The notes beneath the pieces were generated by a model. The model had not been told where the DNA came from, made no database searches, and saw only the letters and a program-made list of their open reading frames with translations. 64,000 nt of DNA, from NCBI RefSeq assembly GCF_009914755.1, contig NC_060925.1. One strand, 5' to 3'. Positions 10,626-23,365 of this stretch are shown one piece after another (position 1 is the stretch's first letter; each line of letters opens with the position of its first letter). Origin of the DNA: the human T2T-CHM13v2.0 reference genome, Homo sapiens. The position numbers were made by a program, and so were the translations under genes.

Positions 10626-12689
10626 CGCATCCCACCAGCACCTGGCACCGGGCACCAGTCTGTGCATGGAAACCCTTTTCTTGATTGACTTGCCTTCCTT
10701 GTACACAGGCACCCCTCACGCTCTGTTCCTATTAGAGGGGATCTCTGGGTACCCAGGCTTATGTTCAGAGACTTCCATGAGTGTAGGACAACCCCATTGC
10801 ACTCAGAGAGTCCAGGCTGAATCCACTCCCCATGTTCTTGGCACTCCCTGCCTCTGAGCTCTATACGTACTCACCCCTGGCGAGATGCCTCCCTGTGCCC
10901 ACAGAATCCAGGAAGGTAAGGAGCCAGGAGCTGAGTGCCCTGCCTGAGCCAGGGGTGTTGATAGCTGAGTCTGAACTCCACCCAGGGAAGCTGTGGGGCA
11001 TTAGTTAGCAGCCCCCTTCCCCCAGCACTGGAGTGAACCCGCTCGTAGCCACAGAGCTCTGGCTTCGTTGCTAGGCTCTGCACCTCCTTCTCTCTATGAT
11101 CTTGGGCAAGGCCTCCATTTCCCCAATCTGTAAAATGAGGAGGTTAGAAAGAAGTGACCTCAAACTCTCAAGGCATCAGAAATTTCAAACAATGCTATTT
11201 GGAACCTGAAGGCATAAAGCAGACAAAAGTGAAGCCACTCCGAATTAGGCAAGAAGGGTCCAGAACCCCACCCACCAGGAGCAACCTTCTCCCTCTTCCC
11301 CCAGTAGCTCCAGTGAGATCCTTGTGTTCCACAACATATGCTTTGAAGTTCCTGGTAGTGGGGCCTTGCCTCAGAGAGAGGCACATGGATCCCAGGCTCT
11401 GCCGGACACCCCAAAAGACCCATCACTGTGAGCAAGGGGGTGATGGTGGGTAGGCTCTCCCTAGCATGGAGCATTCACCATGTGCCATGAGTCTTTATGA
11501 CCTAATTTCATTCTCACAACCATCCCAAAAGCAGGGGTTACTACCCCATTTTACAGATGAGGCTGTACATTGAGAGAGGAGAGAGGTAGGTACATGCCTG
11601 GGATTATGCAACTGGCTGGTGGCAGAAACCCTGCGCCCTCCAGGAATGTCAGGTTGCGATGAGGAGCCCGGGAGAGTGGGCGAATCCTGGTCTGGATGGG
11701 CGTCTCTGTTGAGTTGGGAGATTTACATCACCCAGCAGTCACTCAGCAAGCATGCCAGGCATGAAGTGAGGAGTCTGTGTCATGGGAGGAAGGGGTAGTC
11801 TTTGTCCAGCAGCTGTTGTCACCAGGAAGGCTGACTGTTGTGATTTCCCACCCTCAGGACAGCAGGAGGGAGCTTACCTTCTTTCAGGAACTCTATGACC
11901 AGGCAGGCCAGCTTCCCTGGTGGGGCCTGAGAGTGGCCGGGGGAAGGGGTGGTGGAGGGAGAGTGGGGATGGGCTGTGGTGAAAGACAGGGCATCAGTGG
12001 ACTGAGGACACCTGGAGTGGCAGGTGGGGAGCAGAGGACTGGGCCCTGAGCAGTTGGGAGCTGCTCTTTGGGCGAGAAGGAGCTCTCCAGGCCTCCCTGA
12101 AGGTCTCCAGGTCTCAGGCTCTTTCTAGATGAGTGTGGAGCCTCATGAGCACCAAGGAAGCCTGCTCCACTTTGAAATGGAAGCTCCATGAGGGCAGGGG
12201 CCCGCCTGGTCCACTTGCCACTCCTCCCAAGGCCTGTTGCTGGGCTGCCATCATAAACATGTGTTGAATGAAGTTGTGGGGAGACTTGAGGCTAGATCCC
12301 CTGTCCCCAAATCCCCCAGGGCCAGGGACCCAGAGGGACCTTTTCTGTTCTATTCTCTGTCCCTCTTCCCTCCCCTTCCCGTCCCCTGCCCTTCCCTTTC
12401 CTTCTTTTTTCCCAGGTAGGGAACCTACTGAGAGCAGAGTTGGGAATGAAACCCAATTGGGTAGGGGAGTCATACAGCAAAGGGGCCTCCTGCTAAGGGC
12501 CTGGTAGGGGGAGTGGGAGGAGCTCGTGGCGGCTGGCTGGCTGGATGAATATTTCACCATGCTTCCATTGTCCACGCCAGTCTCCTCGCCATCACACTCT
12601 TGGTTTCTGTCTTGAAAATCTTTGCTGTCTAGTATCACATGTGACTGCAGAGCACAGGTTTCAAACACTTCATAGGAGAAGGATGCAAA

Positions 12690-12850
12690 ATAGCTCAATT
12701 TTTATATTAATTGCATGTTGAAATGATAATATTTTGGGGTAAATAAAACATTAAAATTCACCAGTTCTTTTTACTTTTTAAAATGCAGCTACTAGAAAAT
12801 TTTAAATTGCACGGGTGGCTCACGTCATGTTTCTGTTGGAGAACTGTGGT
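12690..12850. mobile_element. MER3/MER33-like hAT fragment
   Basis: gcagctactagaaaattttaaattgcacgggtggctcacgtcatgtttctgttggagaac. Confidence 0.65.
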
Positions 12851-13189
12851 CGACAGGCATCTCTTTCCGTTCTCCTCCAGCCCTGGAATCTGAAGGCTCT
12901 CTCCAGCATGCAGCCCAGCCCTGCCCTCCTGACTGGCAGAAATCTGACCCAAGGCCAGGGCCTATGAACAGGGTCTGGTGAGCAGAGCCCAACTAGACCC
13001 ACAGCCCAGCAGCTGGTGGGGAAACTGATCTCGGAGAGGAAGCCTGACTGTCCAAGGCCACCAGCCAGCACTCAGCTCTAACAGAGGTCAGGAGCCACCA
13101 GCCAGCACCAGCTCTAACAGAGGTCAGGAGTGTGAAGGAAATCCATGACCATGACAGTAAGGAATGGGTTCAGCAGGAAGGAGTCACCC

Positions 13190-13400
13190 TCATTGGGCAT
13201 CTGCCGTGTCTCAGCCACCTTATCTGTGCTGTCCCATTTAAGCTCCATGACAGATAAGTGGGTAGATAATATCTCCATTTTATGTCTGAGGAAACTGGGG
13301 CTGAGAGGTTAACTAACTCAGCCTGGGTCACACACCTAGTAAGTGGCAGAGCCATGATTCAAATAAAATTTATTGGACTTCCGAGCTCATACTCTTCACC
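13190..13400 (-). mobile_element. MIR
   Basis: Core ccattttatgtctgaggaaactggggctgagaggttaactaactcagcctgggtcacacacctagtaagtggcagagcc. Confidence 0.75.
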
Positions 13401-14940
13401 TCTAGCTTGTCCCATGAGATGGTTTCAGTCTCAGAGGTGGGAGTGGGGCTTGGGAAAATTCCATCCATGGAGAGGGAAGGAATGAGCTTCAAAGGTCAAA
13501 GCAAGGATGGGGGCAGGACCGATGTTCTCTGAAAACATTCTAGGCCCTTCTATGCATCTGCATTAGCATATTCCCTGCCATTTATGGTAGGAAGGGCTGA
13601 GGGGCTTCGCTGAGGTTGCCCGGTAGGTAGGTCATGGGCGTGGACTTCAAGGCCAGGACTGCTGTACCATGACAGTTCTGCCATCCAGGCAATGACCAGT
13701 TTCAAGTGGAATATTGAAGCTCAGATACAGCAAGGCAGCTGGCTCAGGACAGAACCCTTGGGTCATGAGTCCCAAGGCTCTGAACTCTGGGGAAGATGAG
13801 GAAGACCGAGACCATTTTATTGTCACTTGCTATATAATTAATGACTTAATGACCTTTTGGGAGGCAAAAGGAGCAGGAGAGTCATTTATGATCTCTGAGA
13901 GCGTGACCCCATTTGAGATCTGAGTCTCTGTGCCCTGCAGGTTTGGTTGGGTACAGTCACCACCATGACCTTTGCCTGCTGCTGCGGCTTCAGTCTTCCT
14001 CCACCTCCCCTCTCTTGGGCATGGCATCCCCATGGAGGACGTGCAGCCTCAGCCAGGTGCTGCTCACCACTGCTGAGAGCTGATCTCCAGCGGCCAGGAC
14101 CCTGTCTGTTGTGGCATGGGAGATGAACGCCCATCATTGCTCCCTCCCCTGTCTGGTCTCCTTGCCATCTAGTTCTGAAGACAAGCCTTGTTGTTTTCAA
14201 ACACACAGCTACAAGGTCCCAACTCAGAACCTTTGTACGGAACCTCCCTCACTCAAACTGGGATAATCTCCTCCCCAGAGTTCTGCTCAACTGCCCTTGG
14301 AGGCCAGGTCTGAGCACTGCCAGTCAGAGTTCCCGCTGCATTCTCAGTTCCCAGAAGTGCCTGTGCTTTGTGCTTCTGTCTAGCATGTACTTCCCTTACT
14401 GACACTCTCTGGCCTCAGTTTCCTTATTCTTGAAATGGAGTACATACTTCTTACTCCACAGATCTAGGAAAATTAAGTAAGATAATTCATGAAATGCCTG
14501 TCAAAACAGATGCTCTCGAGCACTCAGCTCCAACTCCATCTCCTCCAAGCAGCTATCTTCTGTATCTGGCCATCCCTGTCGGAGAGGGTCAACAGGTGTC
14601 ACGGAGGGAGGCCAAAGCCTTCGTCACATGCCAGCCTGTGGTGCCCACCCCTTCTGCTCTAGAACTGATTTTGGACTACACTCACTTTAACCTTTCCTTT
14701 AATGTTTCTAGGTAGTGATTTTGGTGATTTTTGTCAAGTTGATACATGCTTATTATAAAAATTCAAGCAACACAAAAATTTGCAATCACTCCAAATCCCA
14801 CCACCCAGAAAAAAACAACATAAATATTTGCTAAACATCAGTCCTGACAAATTTCAAAATATAAATACAGATACATTGGTCAGTAAATAAATAATAGATA
14901 AATCATTTTGTAAGAATAGGGTCATGTGTTACATTCTCTT

Positions 14941-15239
14941 ATTTATTTTTTATAGAGACAGAGTCTCACTCTGTCACACACGCTGGGGTGCAGTGGTGCA
15001 ACCATAGCTTATCACAGACTCAACCTCCTGGGCTCAAGCGATCCTCCTGCCTCAGCCTCCTGAGTAGCTGGGACTAGAGGCGCATACCACCACATCCCAC
15101 TCGTTTCTAAAATTTTTTTGTAGAGATGGGTGTCTCGCTAGGTTGCCCAGGCTGATCTCGAACTCCTGGGCTCAAGTTATCTTCCTACCTTGGCCTCCTA
15201 AAGTGTTGATATCACAGGAGTAAGCCACCATGCCTGGCC
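14941..15239 (-). mobile_element. Alu (AluJ-type)
   Basis: Reverse-complement Alu dimer with J-type features (gggctcaagcgatcctcc, accatagct); ends tgcctggcc. Confidence 0.92.
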
Positions 15240-15439
15240 CATACTTTTAAAATATGAAAACGTTAAATGTATTTGTCCTTACATATAATAGAAAAAAATG
15301 GAAGATTAAGCTGAAGGCATTATTCAATCTTGGATAAATGTTTCATAATTACATGAGACACTTGTACCTATAAGATCCCTCTATGGATAAGAAAAATCAT
15401 TTTTCAAAATTGTTTTAAGAAGCTGTAGTCACTGACTTT

Positions 15440-16700
15440 TAAAAGTATGCTTTCATTTCAGTCTGGCTGACTCCCTGCTATGAAAGATGAAATAACTAGC
15501 ACCCTGTACTTCATCTCATCTCCCCTTCCCCCACCTCTTGATTTTTGTTGTTTACGTAATTTTCATTTTGTTGGGAGTTTTACATATTTTTATTCTGCTC
15601 TGCAACAGTTCTATATTTAAATGAATGCAGTGCTCACCACCAGCCTTTTATTCTCTGGGTTCTCTGGGTTAGCTCAAATAATTCATGGTTTTCTGGCTTG
15701 TGTGTCGGATTGTGTGTTCAAGACAGGCTTATCATGTCTGAGATGCCTCTACTGCCTTTAGATCTGACACAACTTATCTGGTATAGCATTTGTGAGTCAT
15801 GCTCTTCCTCATTCAATATTTTGTGGACATTGCTTTATGTACTTGGGCATTGAATGGGATGTCTGAGTCGAACCTGAGTTTTCTCTCTTTTGATGACTTT
15901 TCTTTTCTGCCTGCACTCCTGAAAATTATTTATGCTTTGAAGTTCAATAACTTAAACAGGATATGTCGGTGTGGACCATTTTCTATTTTTTTTCTGGTAT
16001 GTCATGTGCCTTTTTTTTTTTTTTTTTGCAAATTCAGTCCCTTATTGAAGAAAATTTTTTTTCTGTGTTACATCCCTGAATATCTTTTCTGTTTCATTTA
16101 TATGGTTTTCTACTTAGGGATATTAATTTTTCTTATATTAGCTAATCTTCCTTCCCTCCCTCCCTCCCTCACTCCCTCCCTCACTTCTTTCCTTCCTTCC
16201 TTCCTTCCTCTCTTCCTCCCTTCCTCCCTTCCTTTCTTTTATCCTCCTAACCTCCCATCTTCTAATTGCTTGAATCTCTGCCTCTTTTTTTCTCTGCATT
16301 GATTATGATGGTTTCAAGCCTTTCCTTTAGCCATTCTATTTTTGGACTTGTATGTTGTTTCTAACTAGTTTATTAGCTGTGTAATTGCATCTAGTTCCCA
16401 ATTGTTTTCCTAACCCTGCAATCTCTTCATCTCATTCAGTTTTATAATTATCTAGTCTTTGTATTTATATGGTATTATCATACTCTGAAACATGAAACAC
16501 TGGTGAGGAATTTGTTTCTGTTTTCAGCTCAGGTTTTCTTCCAGCTTGGACTCTTTCACCTGTTTTCAGGCTATATTCCTTCCTTCTTGTTCCCCTGCCT
16601 GCATAGTATATTTTCATAGTTGCTGTGCTATTTCTTTTCATATTGCTTACTCTAACATGAACAGCTCTGTCCACACCCTCTACTTGCTTTAATATAAAGC
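15440..16700 (-). mobile_element. Probable very old L1 fragments with an embedded (CCTT)n/(CCCT)n tract (~16150-16235)
   Basis: T-rich degenerate sequence typical of antisense L1M; subfamily not assignable. Confidence 0.45.
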
Positions 16701-17239
16701 AGATGAGTCACACGTGTCTCATATTGTTCCCTAGATTGCCTCATGCATGTAAGTCTTGCCTGAATGCCTGTGGCCTCCTCAGAAACAAGGAACCTGCTTC
16801 ATTCTCCTCTAGCCTCGGTGCTATTCCCTGGTACGTGGCTTGCCACAGGCACACAAAATTGGGTGTCTGGGTTTTGACTCTAATTGTCAGAAATTGGGGA
16901 TATATCAGGTTCTTAAATCCTAAAAGGCATTTAGAAAAATAATGACAGGATTCTGAGCAGCAGTTCTGGGAGCTTACTGAGGATAAAACAAGACAAAATG
17001 TATTTAAATTACGGCAAGAGAAATAGAAATTACTCAGAAAACATCACTTGCTGAATTCCAAGAGTTTACCTGCTACTAACTTATACTAATTTACAGTGGC
17101 AGAAACCTTAGGGTTATTTCCTTGAGGAGAGGGGATTTTATTTGTCTCATCTTCTGTGAGTGTGGAGTTTGCTTTGCAAAGTGCTACATCTCATATCTAT
17201 ACTGTCAGGAAAAGCTTTCTGGAAAAATTCCAACAACCA

Positions 17240-17460
17240 CCACCATTTATTAAATACCTGCTCTGTGCCAGAAACTTTATATGGACCTTCCCACTGAATC
17301 CTCTCAAATGATCCTACAAGCGTGTTTTCACATCTCCTTTTGCAGTTAGGAAAACTGAAGTTAGAGCAGTTAGGTAAGTAGTCCGAGGACACAGACTGGT
17401 GAGCGTCTGAGACAGGTGCACAGACCCACCGGTCCAGGCCCGGAGCCTGTGCCCCTCCAC
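17240..17460 (-). mobile_element. MIR
   Basis: catttattaaatacctgctctgtgccag...ttttgcagttaggaaaactgaagttagagcagttaggtaa. Confidence 0.7.
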
Positions 17461-17619
17461 TGTGCTGCCTCCCAAGCTGGCGTTAAGGAGGTGAGATTTA
17501 GACAGGTTTCAACAAGGCAAGGGAAACAGAATGGGGCTTGAAAGATAGAAATGAAGAAAGCATTCTAGGCTATGGGAGTAAAAGGGGTGAAATGGCAGAG
17601 GGAGACGCGAGAGAAGGGT

Positions 17620-18130
17620 CTGGATATATACCCCAAAAATTGAAGACAGGGACTTGAACAGAGATTTGTCCGCCCATGTTCATCGCAGCATTACTCACCA
17701 TAGCCAAAAGGTGGAAACCACCCACCGTCCATTGACAGGTGAATGGGTGAACAATATGTGGTCTATCCACACAGTAGAAAAGGAAGGAAACTCTGACATG
17801 TGCTACAATATGGATGAATCTTGATGACATTATGCTAAGAGAAATATGCCAGTCACCGGAAGACAAACACTGTCTGATTCCACTTAAATGAGTTGCCTAG
17901 AGTGGTCAAATTCATAGAGGATGATGCGTCAGGCACTAGTGGGAGAAGGAAATGGGAGTTCTTTTTTAATGGCTGCAGAGTTTCAGTCTGTGATAAGGAA
18001 ACAATTCTGGAGAAGGATGACAGTGATGGCAACCCAACAATGCGAATGTACTAATGCCATTCAATTGTGCACTTAAAAATAGGTAAAATGGTGAATTTCA
18101 TGTTTTGCATATTTTACTACGATTAAAAAC
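17620..18130 (+). mobile_element. L1 (L1MB-like) 3' end fragment
   Basis: Typical motifs atgttcatcgcagcattactcaccatagccaaaaggtggaaac, tggatgaatcttgatgacattatgctaag, tgtgcacttaaaaat. Confidence 0.85.
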
Positions 18131-21100
18131 ATGTATAATTATTTAGCTACACCTGAATGCTCCTTAAAAGTTCATATTCCTGAGCCCCAGCCCAGACCTG
18201 GGTGGGCTCCTGAAATGTCCCTTTTAAAAGAAGTAATGCCAGATGATTCTCACGCTCTGTAGTTTGAGAATCATTGGCTGGAACGAAGAGGGCTGACTAG
18301 TGACAAGAAACTGGTCTGGAGGAGTATGCGGACATGGCCAGTCTTCTCACAGCAGGGGGCTGTGTCCAGCAGCCTGCAGGGACCCTGCACCACTCCACTC
18401 TGTCTGCTGGCCTTGGACCCTCGACGTGGCAGCCTGCCTTATCTGGGATAAGCTCGTCCTCGTCGCAGAATCCTGATCCAGCTGCCTCAGCAGCAGCTGC
18501 TGCAGGGAGGGAGGGCGGTGGAGAGCTAATCCCCTCTGCTTTGGCCCAACACCGAGGCAGAGCCATCCCCCAGAACCAGATCCTACTACGGGAAGAGCCT
18601 GACAGGCAATCTGGCTCTTCTTCCCATCACCGCCAGACTCCCTTGTACCATGGCACTCCCACGTCTGGGTCCAGGATGATTCATTCTTCACAGAGGCTTC
18701 GTCCACAGGGAAGTGTCCACATGCAGCGTCTGGGAGAGGGTGGACACTGGCTGGTGGCCAGGAGGCCATGTCTGATCTTGAGAGCCAGGCTGCATGGAAT
18801 TATCTGGTAAACGGGGTGCTGTCATTGTTTTTATTCCCCAGGGACCAGGCCCCTCCCTTGCTCAAAAGAGTCTACTATTAGTTACCTTGGGTCCCAAACA
18901 CCAGGATTCTGCGAGTCTACCTGAGTGAGAATCAGGGGCTGGATGTCTGCCAAGACTCACTTGTCTCTTCTTTTCTCTCTGTGACTCTGCTTCATTCTCT
19001 CTTTCTCTCTCTCTGAAGCAGGGTTCTCTGTATGCCAGACAACATGTTAGACAAATAGGCTCCCCGCTACCCAGAGAGGCTCATTCCCACAGAGTCCCGA
19101 TTCCATATTCAGGGTTACTGTTTGGAGCAGTTCAGGTCAGCTGGACCCCTAAAGGTCCATGTCACCATCATGGCTCCTGAATACCAGGGCACGCGCTTTC
19201 TGAAAAGGCAGAGCTAGGAAAGGAGCGGTGTTGGGAAATAAACCAGTCCTTCTGGCTCCAAGTCCCAGCTCGTTCCTCTACCCCAGGTTGCTGGGTTTTC
19301 TGTATAATGTGGTTGATGATTTTCAAATCTCTCCTGATGTAATCCAGATTTTTTTCTTCCTTTCCCTGAATTTCTCTGTGATTAGGCTAAGCCAGGAGGC
19401 TTATTGCTAAGGAAGGATATAGAAGAGGGGAAAGAAGCTTCCACCCAGCAGGAAGAAGAAGGAGAAAACCCTTTCGTAACCTGGGAGAGGGGACAGGAAA
19501 GGCTATGGGGTGAGAATAAAGGGATCAGACATTGACCTCCTCCCCTACTGTCAGGTTCACGGCAAGAGGAGGAAAGTATTGTTAGGGGTAGAAACACCCA
19601 AAGAGGTTTGGTGGGAGACTCCGGTGCAGGGGCCTTGCTCCTAGGTTCCAAGGATATAGACCTAGAAAATTGCTAGGCTCTCAGAAAAGTCTTGTGGTCT
19701 CCATGAAGCCACAAGACTCCAAAAAGGGACAGGGCAACTGATTACAAATGACCAAGAGAGGTGCCGAGGGAGATGGTCCTGAGCTCTTGTCCCCTGGCTG
19801 CCTGTGGACTTCAGGAGGTATACAGGACATCTAGAACGTCCTGCGTGCCCCAGAGGAAGCTGCACAAGAGGCTGAAAGTGCTGACTGGCAGATTTGCCAG
19901 GGATTCAGTGATGGGGCAGGAAACAACCAGGAGGCTGCAGGGTGGCACACCCTGGCCAGGATGGAGTTCTTGTCACAACAAGGACTCGGGGCATCTTCAG
20001 GACCAGCAAGCGTGGAGATGGGGTGGGGTCTGGCCCAGACTTCAGACATGGCAGAAGGCTCTGAAAACGAAGGGCAGAGGGCAGTGGGCAGACCTCACTC
20101 TCCCAAAACCATGAGTGTGCATTTGGAGCAGGAGGCACAGGGGTGGCTGAGTGGAGAAGCCCCTTTAGATGGGCAGGGACAGTCCTATAGGCAGTTTTGA
20201 TTCTGAATTGACTACATCCGCAAATCACTTCGAATGAATCCAAGAGGTTCCTATAAATAATTCCTTCAGTGGGCAAGTTTGGTTTGCTTTCTACTATCGA
20301 TTCACCGCCATCATCAGAAAGGGGGCCTGTGAGTTCAGTAGAACTGGGTATAGACAAGAAAGCAATTTACTTTTTTTTTTTTTTGCACACTTAAGTATAT
20401 TATGTAAACTTTGTGCATCCATAAACCTAAACCACACGTAGAAACCAAGAGATCTTCTAATCATGGTCAGAGACCCCCTAAAGGCCTGGAGTGTGGTGCA
20501 TGGTAGACCTAGGCTCAAATAGGACTTGGCTGGCATCCAGGGGCCATCTGAGCTGCATTCTGGGTCCTCCCTCTCCAGTGGCTTGGGATCTGGCCTGCCG
20601 CAGGCTGCTGTTCCTTGGCCAGGTGGGGTGAGTAATGCCTATCCTATCCTTGGACCAATGATGACAGTATAATTAGCACAAACAGCAATTAGGGTAATTG
20701 TTCTGTTTAGACATAACCAGACTTCACTGCCACGGGTTGGGAGAGAGTCTACACTTGAAACCTTCTCCAGAAGGCTGCACACTGCTGCTTCTGGTGTCAC
20801 AGTGTCCACCCTGCAAGTGGCTCATGCTAGGAGAAACGATGGGATGCTGAGACAGGGGTGGGGAAAGAAAAAGCCAGTTCTTGGAGGAGTCCCCATTGTT
20901 GCCAAGGCCTGAAATGGGGGTGGGAGGCTGTGCCCGCAAGCTTACTCTATCGGGACTGACTGCTCTGCCAAACCCCAAGCACATTCAAGTGGCAGGCAAT
21001 TTCCCAAGAAAAATGAAATGCACATCCACCCTGACATGAGCCAGGTAGCCTCCCTCCTCACCCAATCAGGGCATCTTCAGGAGCAGTGAGTGTGGAGATG

Positions 21101-21750
21101 GGGTGGGAAGATGGCTATGCTCCCTTGGAGCTGTGTTCACAGATTCTGCAGCAGCTCCAAGTGGAGGACCCAGGCACAATCAGGGGACTTGGGCAGAACA
21201 AGCTGCTGGTCCAGCCCCTAGGACAGTAGGAAAGTGGAGGAGCTTGAGGGGGACCTTGAGGGACCTTGGAGACCAAGTGGCCATTATGTCACAGCCCAGC
21301 AGGTGAACTCCAGTATGGGAGAGACAAAAGCAGGTAAGGGTGAAGGCATCCTCTTCCTGCTGATGGGTTCCCATCCTGCACGTGAGGTCATGGTTAAGAG
21401 GAAGAATGACCACTGAGCGTCTTCATGTACAAGATGAGATGTTCTGTTGCTGCTCTCAATGATCCTGTTTTATTTAGTCCTCATAACGAGCCCATGAGGT
21501 AGGTTTTATTACGCCCATGTCACAGGTTCACCAAGACCAGGCTCTTGAACCAAGTCCTTTGCCACCAAATATCAAGTCTTAATCATATATTGGTGATCTT
21601 TTTAAAAAACATATTTGTACAGGACTTTATAGCTTATAAAGTGCTCTTACCCATACTAGCCCATTTATTCTCCAAACAGCACCCCTGAGGAAGTAGAGAT
21701 GATGACATGATGGCATTTTACAGCTCATGGTCGAGTGACCTGTCCTGAGA

Positions 21751-21911
21751 CTTGCTCTAAGTGTGGTCAGAGGACCTGCAGCATCAACATCTCCTGGGAG
21801 CTTGCTGGAAATGCAGAGCCTTAGGCCCTGCCCTAGACCTGCTGAATCAGAATGTGCACTTTAGCAAGATTCCTAGGTGATTCGATGTGCATTAGGATTT
21901 GAGAAGTACTG
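21751..21911. mobile_element. MER5A (hAT-Charlie)
   Basis: aagtgtggtc...cagcatcaacatctcctgggagcttgctggaaatgcag...ctgaatcagaa...gatttgagaagtactg. Confidence 0.8.
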
Positions 21912-22959
21912 ACTTAGAGCATCCAACCCCCTCGTTATACAAGCAAGGAAACTGAAACCAGAGAGGGCAAATGACTTGTCCAAAGCCATACAGCAAGTTG
22001 GTAGCCAACCCAGGCCCATAACTCTGCTTTGTCCCAACTAGAGTGAGATACGAAGGACTCCTAGTGCGATTCCCTCTTTTTCTGCCTCAATACCCACCTT
22101 CTGCCCCATCAATCCTCCACCCCCATCAGGCTGGGCAGGCTGTCTGAGTCCCATTCTGACCATCTCTAAGAAGACACCACAAATCCTGAGAACTTTCTGA
22201 AAAAAAAAAACAAAAAAACTAAGCTTCTTGTTGAAGCCTGGTGACCCTGACCATCAAGGGAGCTAGATGGGCCCTCAGAATTAAGCTCTTGGTCAGTAGC
22301 ACTGATTAATAACTTGACCAGAGCCCTGTTCTGGCACTCTTCCTGTGCAGTACCTCAGTTTACCTTTCTGTAAAGGGAGTAACAGGGGGCTTCCCAAGGC
22401 TCATAAAACCACCTGGTGAGCTCTCAGAATGAAAGGCCCCATAGAAAGACAAAGTCCCATTATGTTTTCTTGTTATGTTTAATTGTGGCTGTGTTGCCTT
22501 TGACTACCTCAAGACATCCCACTAAGTGGGGAAGTATGAAGATGACAGCCGCCAGGGCTGAGAGTCTGGCAGTTATTAGAGGCTGCCCCCCCACCAACTT
22601 CCTGGCTAAGGTGTAACTGGCTTCATAAATTCCTCCTGGTGGAACGGTGACATCGCCCATGGCCGCTTCACTTTTCCCAGGGCTGTTGGGGCATCATTCT
22701 TTTCTTGGTGTGGAGTGAAACCAGACGTAAAGGCGGGTGCTGAAGGGAGCAGGGCAGAGGAGCAAGAGATTGGCCATCCAGGCTGCGCAGGAGCCAGCTG
22801 GTCCTCACACGGACCATTGCTGAGGGACGATGTCACTCTGGTACTGCCCCCCAAGCCATTCACGAATCTCACATGCCCAACAGGCCACATGCTGAGAGGG
22901 TTTGCTGAGAGACTGACAGCTCATACCACATGACTGGGAGAGTTTCAGGGTTAATGTCG

Positions 22960-23365
22960 CTATTAACTCCCTAGGACTGCTGCAGAAATTAGCACCAACT
23001 TGGTGTCTTAAAACAACAGAAAAGTATTCGCTCACAGTTCTGGAAGCCGGTAGTCCAAAATCAAGGTGTCAGCCTGGTTAGTTTCTTCTGGAGGCTCTGG
23101 GCATTCCTTGGCCGTGGCAGTATAACTCCATAAGACTGCCTCTGTCTTCACGTGGCCTTCTCTGTGTCTCCAGTCTCCTTATACCTTTCTCTTGGAAGTA
23201 CTCCTGCCATTGGATTGGGGACCTGCCCTAAATCCAGGATAATCTCAACTCAAGATCCTTCCCTTAATGCCATCTGCAAAGACCCTTTTCCCAGTACGGT
23301 CACAATCACAGGTTTTAGGGGTTAGGACATGGACATATCTTTTTTGGTGGGTGCCATTCATAAGA
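22960..23365 (-). mobile_element. MLT1 (MaLR) solo LTR
   Basis: ttaaaacaacagaaaagtattcgctcacagttctggaagcc...aaaatcaaggtgtcagc...catctgcaaagaccctttt...ggggttaggacatggacatatctttt. Confidence 0.85.

Noticed and set aside
11747-11768. Tandem CATG p63-like site
   Set aside because: Cores are 9 bp apart, which does not fit the 10-bp half-site register.
15799-16302. 167-aa hydrophobic membrane-like ORF
   Set aside because: Produced by T-rich old L1 sequence and a (CCTT)n tract.
18297-18810. Overlapping 89-158 aa ORFs with a poly-Ala stretch
   Set aside because: No splice architecture, codon bias or recognisable domain; GC-rich chance ORFs.
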